A stretch of DNA of 64,000 nucleotides from Vitrella brassicaformis CCMP3155 (taxonomy: Eukaryota > Protista > Chromerida): assembly GCA_001179505.1 (NCBI GenBank), contig CDMY01000241.1:1-64000 (forward strand), read 5' to 3'. The position numbers and the translations under genes are program-made. Below the pieces are notes generated by a model, which worked only from the letters and a program-made list of their open reading frames with translations, made no database searches and had not been told where the DNA came from. Position 1 is the first letter of the stretch, and the number at the start of each line of letters is the position of its first letter. Of this stretch, positions 53,649-64,000 are shown piece after piece.

Positions 53649-53722
53649 ATTATTCTGCGCGACGCAGATTTACAGCCTCTAAGCCCGCATCATCATATCT
53701 CCAGCCCTCCCCCTTCCAGACA
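53649..53722. promoter_or_regulatory. Bidirectional promoter region IFT25 / GRDP-UBL gene, containing AGATTTAC
   Basis: 74 bp between divergent ATGs. AGATTTAC at 53666-53673. Confidence 0.5.
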
Positions 53723-55250
53723 ATGGGGAACTCCCAGGCTGGGCATCATGAAGCTGCCCCCGGCGCTTCATCGATGCCCTTCCCTGAGGCCCCTCACAGC
53801 CCCCATGCAGGCGGCGGTGAGTTCTGTCCAGTGCCTGCACCCGCCCACCCGCTCCCCGAAGACATACAGCCGATGTGGGACCGTCTGATGGCCCTGGACT
53901 TCCACTCGCTCATCTCGACGGCTCTCTTCAAGAAGGGCATTTCCAATGCGCCCGCCCTTCTGCGGGACTGTCTGATGCTGCTCATTGTCAAGAACAGCCA
54001 TGGTGATGACCCTCAGTGCGAATTGTCGATGCCGGCAGCTGTGGATGAGGTGTGGCACCAGCTCATTTTGGTACGATGAGAGAAGAACATGGGGCAAACC
54101 GTCTCTGTGACGCTGTTGGGTGTGGCCTGTCTGTTCGCAGGACACGACGCTGTACACGGCTGTGTGTGAGGCCATCGGCAGCAAGGGGCTGATCCGGCAC
54201 AATCCCTATGGCGAGTTTGATAGTGAGGAGGACAAGACGGCCCGCCGCAACGCGATGAAGGGCAAGTTTCGGGAGGTCATGGGCTTCGATTATGTCGAGT
54301 ACGCCTTTGCTCACGCATTTTCCGTCTGTTCATCTCAGTCTCTCATTGTCTGTATTTCTTGATCATCAGGCAAGAAGGATTTGGTATAATCGCACAGGAC
54401 AATGCCGACGAGATCACTCCGCAAAGGTGAACAGACAAGAGGGAATAAGCTGGCGGTCTTTTGGCAAGGACTCGTCTCTGTTGCTGCTGCTGTGCAGCCA
54501 TGACAACCGCAACGGTTACCAAGGCTTCAGAGTTCTCGTCAAGACTCTGGCGGGCAAGACTATATCTCTGCCCGTATCCGCAAGCACCACCGTCCCAGAC
54601 CTACAGGAGATGACTCGCATCAAGGAAGGCATCCCAGTGACGGCACAGCGGCTTGCTTTCGGCGGCAAGCAGCTGGGAACGCTTGGCACCCTGGCCGACT
54701 ACAAGATAGAGCATGGGGCCATCATTTTTCTGCTGCTGCGGCTCCCGGAGCCTGACGTCCCGAAGCCGGGCGTCCTCTCTTTCAAGTAGGCGGGAATTGG
54801 CCATTCACTGTCGCCCTAAGTTAGGTGTCATTAATGGTCTTTGTTCTGTAGACAAGATGGCTCCTGCACCATGGCTCAGACACTCGAGCGTTTGGGCACT
54901 CCAAACACGGAGGCAGAAAGCCCATACAACGGGCAAAGAACGAATACATACAGACGTATGTCTCTTCCTGTGCTGTTGCCGCTTGCAGGGATGCCACCCA
55001 AGACACTCACCGCGGGTTTCAGATATTCTGCAAGACGTTGACGGGGGAGAACTTGACCCTCTCAGTCTCCCCAACGACAACAAAGGTGGCAGAGGTCAAG
55101 GAGATCATCCGCATCAAAGAGGGCATCCCCGTGGCCGATCAGCGACTCGTCTTTGCCGGCAGACAGCTGGAAGACGATCGCACCCTGGCTGCGTACAATA
55201 TCCAGAAGGAGTCGACCATACACGTATTGCTGCGGGTCAGAGGCTGCTAA
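53723..55250 (+). CDS. GRDP/DUF1399-like domain fused to two tandem ubiquitin-like domains ending in RGC
   Basis: MGNSQAG...[16 protein letters not shown]|[24 protein letters not shown]..|..|[88 protein letters not shown]|[87 protein letters not shown]. The last intron (54786-54988, phase 2) splices in frame. Confidence 0.8.
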
Positions 55251-55762
55251 GCGGCCATGGCCGCCATGATTCATGGCTGGCCTCCGACGTGTCTCTGTTT
55301 CTTTTTCGTCTGCATGCTCATCGGGTAGGAGAGAGATAGCACAATGGGGGGCAGGAGGGGGGCGTGACAATGGGTGCACACGGACATTTTCACACATCAT
55401 TCGCGCGGCGCGGTAGAAGAAGGGACACCTGCCGACGTTGTCAAACTGAGGACTGTCAGTCTGACTGACACTTATGTCGATCAACAGCGCTTCGCGATGA
55501 ATCAGTTCTGTCTGGCACTTTGGTGTCAGTGCAAGACGCACGATTTGCTGGCCACACTACGCACTATGACCTCAAACAAGAGCCTTCTCTGGTCGAATTC
55601 ATGGCGCGACAAAACGCCCGTCGGCCAAGCTCGCGGCCCCCTCCCATCCGATCAGCGACACACCGCACTCATAACTGCGTCGAATACGGCAAATGTCACG
55701 GGGGCGAATGAGAACAGCGGCCGTCTCGCCGGCCGTCTCTCCTCCGCAGCACTGATTTCTTG

Positions 55763-57347
55763 ATGGCGAAGGTGAGGGACAGGGGCAACCCTTTGGAGCT
55801 GTTCGGCTTCAAGGTCGTGCCGGCGGGGTGGCTCCTGGGCATCATCCTCTGGTCAATCGCACTCTTCAGCAGAGCATGGTCACCATCATCACTGCACACA
55901 GACCGGGGACACGCAGACAGACAGACAGACAGGCCAGGCGTCATCTGTCCGTGTCTGCGTGCGCCTGTGTGCAGGTTCTACCGTGCGTATTACGTGATTA
56001 CACCGAACAACATCATTTTGACGATGAGCCTCACACACGTGAACATCGACATCCCCGACTGCTGGGACAAGAACATCAGGGACTACCGCATGAAGTACCT
56101 CAGACCGATATGGTACGTAAGGATGGCCTGGGGGGCCAGCCAGCAATGGGGAAGGCATCTTTGTCTCTGTCTCTGTGCATTCTCCGATTTCATGGTGTCT
56201 CTCTTGCCTTCTCGTGGGCAGCAAGTCTCGGTTCATCGGTGACCACGCCATATCGGACGTCAGAGACATCATCAGCGGGGCCAACAGCCAGCTGATGAGT
56301 GTTTTTGTGCTCATTGGCATCGGTGAGAGGGAGAAGAAAAGCCACCATGGCCACTGATCTTCTCGTTTGGTGTGATTTGGTGTGATTTGTGTGTCGGTTG
56401 GTGTGTTCAGGGGGTCCCAACATGGGCCAAGCAGTGGGGCTCTTCTCTCAGCTCCATTACATGGGCATCGGAATGGTGCAATGCACTGGGCTATGACATG
56501 CCAACAAACGGTTCTCACATGTCCCCCTGTGTGTGTGTGTCCAGTATTATGCGGCAGGCGTATCGGCGGTATGCATCCTGGCGGCGACCTTCTTTCTGGC
56601 GCGGGTCAAGGCAAAGATGCGGCAGGGCAGGGGGAAGACGTACCTCATCGTTAGCATAATTCTCACCGCCCTCCCGCCGCTGCTGCTGGGGGGCATGGTG
56701 GCGGGGTACTTCCTGTGCGCATACAGAATGGAGGACCTCTTCGTGTATCGTACCCACACAGACGGGGAGAGACACGGAGGGAGACACAACGATGTGTGCC
56801 GGCATCTGTCTCCCTCTCTGTGTGTCTTCGTCAGGGCCGGTGGTGCTGTTATGACGTTCATGAGCAATGAAGGCTTCGGTGATTCGCAAAGCGTCAAGGG
56901 AGGGGGGGAGGGAGGGAGAATAGGTCGTGCCTGTCTATGTGTGTCTGTCTTTGTAGGGCTGGGTGTTGGATGGAGTTGGGGTGTGGCCGTTGCGGGGACG
57001 GTGTGTCTCTTCGTGCCGGTCTTGGGAATGCTATGCGTTGTGTAAGCATGCCCACAGAAAACACTCAGCACACGTAGACACCATACCTCTGTGGGTGTGC
57101 GTCTGTTGCAGTCAAGACGTGCAGCAGTATGACGTGGAATCAGAGAGTGACGAAGACGATGAATACAGAGGCAAGGAGACACACAGGGGAGAGGAAAGGG
57201 CTGTTCTCACGTGTTGTGTCTGTCTTTGTGTGTCATCAACCAGAGGGTCTGCTGCCGCCCGGGCCGCCCTATCGCGGCACCTATGCTGCGCCAGTGCAGT
57301 ACGGCGGCCAACCTGTTACCTATGTCGTCAGGCCCGTCCAGCACTAG
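55763..57347 (+). CDS. Four-TM claudin/PMP22/amastin-like membrane protein
   Basis: TM1 GWLLGIILWSIALFSRAW, a large first loop with W/C residues, TM2 YYAAGVSAVCILAATFFLA, TM3 YLIVSIILTALPPLLLGGMVAGYFL, TM4 GVGWSWGVAVAGTVCLFVPVLGML (GWS motif), then an acidic and Pro/Tyr-rich tail ending YVVRPVQH*. Confidence 0.65.
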
Positions 57348-58052
57348 ATATTCAGGGTATATGTTGTGTGCTGGTTGTTTTGTGCCATTCTTCCTTGTGT
57401 CAGTAATAGCAATGAGGAATTGAGAGTTCGGCATTTAGAAATGTCCCTTCCTTCAGTGACGCTGATTGATGTGTATGGACATTGGAGAGAGTCTGAAGGT
57501 GTTCGTGTCAGCACACATGGATTGTGTATCATAAAATTGGGCGAGCCGACACAGCAGCCGTGCCATCATACAGTGCATCCATCCATCCATCCACGCCCCA
57601 ACAGCAGGAGAGCAACCAAGGTAACTCATGCGGCACTCATGGCTTAACCCTGCCATACCAATGTCTGACTGTATGCACCTAAGGCATTTGGGTGCATCGA
57701 TTAGTCATATGAAGCGGCCAAAGTGACTTATGTGCGTAGCCGCATGTATGTACTAGACAACACCCGATCGATGCGACGATGTATGTACATGAGCAGATCG
57801 AGTGTACTGATTGCCCTCGACCGACAAGACACGCAAGGAATGCGCCCCCACTCACAGCACAGGAAAACCCCGGTAGATACCCACCACCCATGGCCATTGA
57901 CTCTGCTACAGTACACACGTCGACTACGACGCTTCTGGCGAAAAAAAAAACACCATCAGTCGTCACTGTCGGCTGCACACGATGCAGAAAGGCCACTACA
58001 CGCATCATAGACGGCCTCGGCCGACACCGACAATGCCACGCTGTCCTTCTCG

Positions 58053-61000
58053 TCACTGCTCAGCCGGTGCCAATCGACTCGCATGAGGTTGCAGGGGGGG
58101 GGTCAGGGCGGCGGTGTGGGGGCCGCTCTGCCGCGATTGGGTTGAGCCGACGGGCGGCGACCCACCACTCATCGGCACATCCTCCACATCGCCATCATGT
58201 GGCGTCTCCACCACGGTGGGCGCGCTCGCGAGAACCTCCGGGATGGCCTCCTGCATGCAGCAGAACAAACAACACAGATGGACATATTTAAAGACACGCG
58301 AGGATTTCTCCCTCACTGACCGGTCGGCTGCCCTTCTCGATGAGCGCTCGTTTGGCCTTCCGGAAGGCCTCATAGAGGCCCCGCCAGCCGCCAGTGTGCT
58401 GCTGATCTATCGATGCCTCATTGTCGGCCGTTTCCAGATCGCTGCGGGCGGTCCGCCTGAGGGCCGCCTGGTGCGCCTGCTCTCTGCTGACGAGCTCGTC
58501 AACCACATAGCACAAGTTGGCCTGGAGGTCGTGCAAGGTGATGCCCGCAGATACGTCTGAGAGCTCCGGCTGTCCACTTGACTCATCACTGGACGTCTTG
58601 CCGGCCTCCAACTGGGTTGACACTGGACACATCACAATCACATGACAACGTGCATGAATCAAGATCAAGCAGCGATCTGACCTTCGCCAGAGCGTTGAAT
58701 GCGAAACACATTGAAGAGATCGCTCGTCCTCATGTGCCTCAGACCCTGGACACCCACACAGGTCGATCGACCATACACATGGGGGTCTTCTGTCCTTCGC
58801 CTTACTTACCGTGACTGTGCGGTCGTCAGGTCTAGGCAGATGGACAACCACATGGCCTCGACGTCGGCTGCGCATCTCCACTCGCTTCTGCCGCAGGCCC
58901 TGCACCAGGAAGGCGTGGCTCCACAGAAACTCATGGCTGGCCAAACCACCAAACACACACACAGACAGCAGAAGGCATCAACGAGTCCCATGTTGGTGTG
59001 TGTGCTCACAAGTCGCTGGGCACGTGTGTGAGCTTGAGTGCTTCGATGGCGTCCTGCACGGCGGCTGACGTCAGCTGCATTGCTGTCACCACACGATGTA
59101 CCGGCCGGCCAAAAGAGGGATAGCATCGGCCTGCTGCAGCGGGGGAGCCGTCGGCAGAGAGGGCAGCACTGGACCAGTCATAGAAGACCTTCGGTGAGAC
59201 GCGCCGTTTCTCCTCCTCTCTGTTGATGAGCCACGACAAAAGAGGGCCCGTCACCCAACTAGCCATCACGCGGGCTGAATGAAACGCCATGAGACGACAC
59301 CAGCAGGCAGATAAAACAAAGATGGTCATTGTGTGTTATTCCGCTGCTCACCGATAGCCTTCGTGCGGTCACCGAGGGCCGTATATCGGTAGCTAACTTG
59401 CAGCAGGACATACCGACATATCTGCGTGGCCAATATGATGTAGTGCACCAGATTGGCAAGAATGACGACCAGCACGAGGGCGATCGTCAGCACAAGAGAA
59501 GTCCCCTCGGGCAGCATGACGACGGACTGCATGACGAACAGCGACACGAGCCACACCAGCAGCCCACGCATCTCAGACCGATTCAATATGTCCATACTGC
59601 CTCGATCGAACGGCCACACGGTCAGTTGCAGCACCAAACATACAGCGGCGATGATTGTCCAGCCCAGCAGCTGCTGGCGGGGCTGTGCCGTCGCTTGTTG
59701 TGCGATAAGGAGTACCAATACACGCCTCATAGCCAGCAGAGCATCCCAATAGTGGAAGCTTTTGCGATACCCGACATAGAGGAAGCCCACCCTTCTGCGC
59801 GTGTGGTGGTCCTGCAGGCTGTCTCTGTGTCGCCACAAAAACGCCACGCCACATATGACAGGGCCGAATGTCCACAATAACAGACCAGCCACGGCAATCC
59901 ACAGGAACGGGGCGTGCTCGGTCGATCGGCAGATGACACGGGAATCGAGATCCATCCGAGGCTGCATTTCATCCATCGGATTGGGTGAGAGTAGGCTGAC
60001 ACTCTCTCCTGAGGCAATAGGAATGACATCGTCCACATAGGGGTAGGGCCGGCAGCGCAGGAGGGCCAGCATGCTCTTGGTCACGGTCGGGTGGATAAAT
60101 GTGAGGATAACAACCATCATGCCTCCCCGGTTGTCTAGCCATTGCCGCCATCGGCCACTCTTGCGTAGCTCCGCTCGAGAATGCTGGCAGGACGGAGGTG
60201 TCACTGATTCAGTACGAAAGTCCTCTTGAAGGGTGACCGATCGCTGGCGAGGCCCGTTTGCCGCAGCCTCGTCTGCCTTTTCATTGGTGACTGATGGACG
60301 CGCGGAGAGGGCTCGGAGGTCGGTGTCGGTCGCGAATAAGATCGACACATCGCTGCCAATGTGCCGTTTTGATTTGATGGCATCACGCGCTCGCTCAAAC
60401 CCGCTCGCTGCAGCCACGACACGCGCCACAAGTGAACACATGCACTGCCTTCTACAATGTGTGTGTGTGTGTGCGTGTGCTTACCAATAATTGGCACAGC
60501 AGTGAGCCAGACGAATGGTAATATTTACCACATGGCGTGTCGGTACAGCACGCATTTGTCGCCCACATATGGCCTCAGTAGACATTCCCATATCTGATAG
60601 CTTTGAGGAACCCCGCCGGTCCAGGCGAAGAAGCTGCCGACCAATGAGGATATCTGGTTGCCCCAGACGGACTCGTCGAATACGAGAAAGGCCAAACCAC
60701 ACACCTGCACACACAAACCGCAACGCCATACACAGGCGAAAGGTGAGTGCATGAGTTTCTGTCTTTCTGCCATCGCGTACAGCGGTGATGTGTGAGAGTC
60801 CGATTTTGATCAGCTGAGAGGGGATTTCAGCGCGCGGAGACGACGAAGCCCTGAGGAAACACACACACACACACAAGCAACACGGAGATCGATCGACTAG
60901 CGGGCCTTTGTGACAGGTGCACCGCTACGTGCTGACCTTTCCGCAAGCGAGGTGAGTATGAAGATGGCCATTACAGTGGCCAGGACGAGCAACACGTTGA

Positions 61001-64000
61001 CGAGCACGATCCGTCACAGTGGGGCACATCGGACGCACGGCTGCTGGGGCGTCTGGCGAGAGAAACCTGCCTTGCACCGAGAGCACACAAAACCCTCATG
61101 CCCTTCCTGACACAGACAAGGCAAGAGTGTAAAAAATGCGACTCTCAGAATAATGCAATTGACTCTTGCCGAGCATATGTTGAGCCCATCTGTCTTGTTG
61201 GTGCCTTTACAGGCGGACGACAATGGGCACCGCATTACTATCGGCAACAAAGTCAACCCAGCGCCATATCTAGGAGACACCAAAACACCACACTCCCTCA
61301 CATGGCTGCTTACGGTGAGACCGGTCTTACGTTGTCACTTCTCGTGTGGTGTTGTGGGACGGGCGATCCGACTCCAGTTGGACAGTGAGCTGGAAGAAGC
61401 CCGGCAGCACACTCGCATTGTAGTTGATGGGGACCGAGCAGTTCAGGCCGGGCAAACAGTCCTGGCAGATCCATGTGTCGCGACCGCCGCTACGACCGCT
61501 CTTCCGCACACCAACAGACCCAGCGGTGCATGGCTCGCACGGCTCATCGCCGCGCTGGTGGCCAAGACGGCAATAGCATGTAGTTGAGCCCTCGTCGGAA
61601 CCTGAGGACACATTCTTAAAGTCCAACAGTCAGTACATTGAGAGTTCATTTATCCCATAACTGACCTGCATCATCAGGGCATTGTTTGCATGTTTGTGTC
61701 TTAACTTGTCTGTTGCTATATGTGCCAGCCGGACACTTCGTGCAGTTAATGCCGATGCCCTCATATCCAGGCAGGCACCGACAGAGGGCATCCGAGGCAA
61801 AGATATAGTCAACCTGTGCAAGCAGGGAGCGCAGTAACAAGCAGACACCTGATAAATACTCGCCCTCTCGCCGTGTCTGTTTGATGGCATGGAACCTGAC
61901 CTCAACTTGGTTAAACACAGAGCAGAACTCCGTGCACTCAAAGCGCTCCTCGCCATTGTCCAATGCATGCGGCAGATTTTTGATATCCTGCACCGATCAC
62001 GTAGAGCCAGGCAAAATATTGACACCGGTTGATGTCATGCTGCGCTACCCACCCAGCGGGTCGGGCGACAGACATCCAGTGAAATCCTGATTCGCACCGG
62101 TGGTTAATCTGTGCAAACCCTGACACCTCTGAATCACACAGACACACAGACACACAGACACGCAGACACACGCACGCAACGGAGAACACAGCGAACAGCG
62201 AAGAAAATGATCAGCACAACGAGCAGAAGGGCCTTCTCTCATTCTCTCACCTTAATGTCGGGAAAACTGATGCATATCGGGGTCTGCCCACTTCTCAGGT
62301 CTGGGTTGTTCGTCAACCTCGCGTTACGATACGGCTGGACGGTTAGTGATTTCCAGAGGTCCGAAGGCGCAGCCACTCTCACCAGTGAATTGTTGTCGAA
62401 GTCCACTTGAAAGAGCGGTGACCGCATCAATCCGTACAAATCGATTGAACTAATATTGTTGTCACTTAAAATGAACCGCAAGTTGTCCACTGTTAAGGGT
62501 GTGAGCTGTTCACACAACCAAAACTAATCTATATAGACAAAAGCTTTCCTGTGCCCTACTATTTGTCTTCTGCGTGTCTAGCTGTGTGCTTACCGTGTTC
62601 GCGGTCAGCGCCAGGGCCTCACGGTCGACTGCGAAGAAGGCCTCACAATGTAGCTCGCCATGGATGCTGCAATTCGATGCCAAAAGGACATCCAAACTGT
62701 CAGATACATGAAGAGACAAAGCAGGAATGAACTGGATAAAAAGCCGTAATGTTTAGCTACTTGCTCTGCCACTTGAGGGGCATGAAGAACCCGATCACGT
62801 CGACATGGATTGGATTATTCGATACATCCAGCTGTTGCAGGCTGCCCCAGTCAGGTGGGGGTGGTAAAAGGCTCGCATCCGAAAGTGTCCTCACTAGACC
62901 GTCAAATCCTCCTTTCCTTATGGCTATCATTTCATTACACACGCATTCACGCAGACAAAATATCCATACATACGGCTGCCTGCCTCTTGCTTCCTCGCGT
63001 GTGTGCTGTATGTATGCATATCAGCTTACTCAGTATTCCTGTGTGTGGCATGTAGCAGACTCCTTCCGAGGTGGAGCCCCAGTCGGGCCACTTGCTAATA
63101 CGATTATTAGCGAGGGCTAAAACCTCTAGCTTGGGCATTGAGCGGAAGCTCTCCGGCAGGGCGCTTAACAGGTTCCCGCTCAAATTTAGGTAAACCAGTC
63201 TGATGCACACATATAACACACACATGCACACATCTTTCTGGATTTCGGGAATGGCCTCACTGACACTGACGATTCTGGTATCGAGCCGTTGTCGGCGAAT
63301 CCCGTGATGCGATTCTTGTAGAGAACGATTCTCTCGAGGTTGGGAAAGGCAGACAGGTCGATGGACCCATTCAGACGGTTGGATGAGAGGTCCAAGCGAC
63401 GAAGGCTGTGGTACCTCAGACCACTATGACTGCGATCCACCAATCCGTCCAGCCTAAGAATTGACGGGCCCAACAATGATGTGCGTGCCATCTGTCTACT
63501 GTGCAGCGTACCGGTTGTTTGCTGCGTAGATTTCGGTGAGACGCTTTAAAGTCTGAAAGCCGACGGGCAAGTGACCCTCGAACTAACACGTGATCATCAG
63601 AGCACACACAAACTGTTGCCAAAGGTCGCTTACTCGTCGTGGTTCTCACCGACTTGTTGGCCACCCGTAGTTGCCTGAGCGACGTGAGGTTGCTTAGCGG
63701 CTTTAGAGTGCCGGTAAACTTGTTGTTGTCCAAATCAAGAGTCTCAACCGACTTCCAGCCACTCAGCGTATCCGGGAGGTTGCCAGAGAGCTGCAGGCAC
63801 GAGTATGGGTAGACACAGCAATGCGTCTGGCGCCATGCATCTATTGGGTCCTCACCCGATTGTCATAGAAGTCTGCTTTGCGGAGCTTGGCCAGCTTCCC
63901 AAGCTCGGCTGGTATTGGGCCGCTTAAGTTGTTGTTTTCCAAATGGAGTTCCTCCATGGACTTCAACCCCCCCAGCGTGACCGGCAGGGCGCCCGATAGC
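58053..64000 (-). pseudogene. LRR + Cys-rich (GCC2_GCC3/ephrin-receptor-like) + 7TM-type receptor-like gene with two in-frame stops; 5' end lies beyond the window
   Basis: Extracellular-type LRRs (LENNNLSGPIPAELGKLAKLRKADFYDN; LDLSSNRLNGSID; LNLSGNLLSALPESFRSMPKLEVLALANNRI). Cys repeats CRCLPGYEGIGINCTKCPAGTYS, CEPCTAGS and CQEGHEGFVCSRC. TM block with RVGFLYVGYRKSFHYWDALLAMRRVLVLLI. In-frame TGA at 61014-61016 and TAA at 60525-60527. Confidence 0.75.

Noticed and set aside
54853-54956. Possible extra exon with an ankyrin-like read ([21 protein letters not shown]) between the two UBL exons
   Set aside because: It needs a phase-0 donor that the preceding exon lacks. Direct phase-2 splicing across 54786-54988 already gives an in-frame product.
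60525-61016. Alternative genetic code (UGA=Trp) to explain the receptor gene stops
   Set aside because: One of the stops is TAA, and other genes in the window end normally at TGA (e.g. ARH at 33189, plastid protein at 43982).

Overview
Intron-rich, GC-rich eukaryotic nuclear DNA, not prokaryotic. The short GT-AG introns full of (CA)n/(GA)n/(GGAT)n/(CAGA)n microsatellites, flagellar IFT genes, an ASAF-type plastid-targeting peptide and members of expanded F-box-like families point to a chromerid alveolate, most likely Vitrella brassicaformis (inference, no search run). About 20 gene models were spliced by hand. Clearly recognisable genes are MCM5, DYNC2LI1 (dynein-2 LIC), IFT25/HSPB11, an ADP-ribosylglycohydrolase with a signal-peptide-like leader, a telobox (TRF-like) Myb protein, a divergent Ser/Thr kinase, a CBS-repeat protein and a claudin-like 4TM protein. 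The most unusual architectures are: (i) a possibly N-myristoylated GRDP/DUF1399-like domain fused to two ubiquitin-like domains ending in RGC-stop; (ii) a polytopic membrane protein with C-terminal LRRs followed by an EF-hand; (iii) a kinase with no Gly-loop and a DFDG motif, like coccidian WNG kinases. A large LRR/Cys-rich/7TM receptor gene carries two in-frame stops and two F-box-like family members carry apparent frameshifts. Three 300-N assembly gaps sit next to G/C runs. No rRNA, tRNA or CRISPR array was recognised. Gene boundaries are manual estimates.
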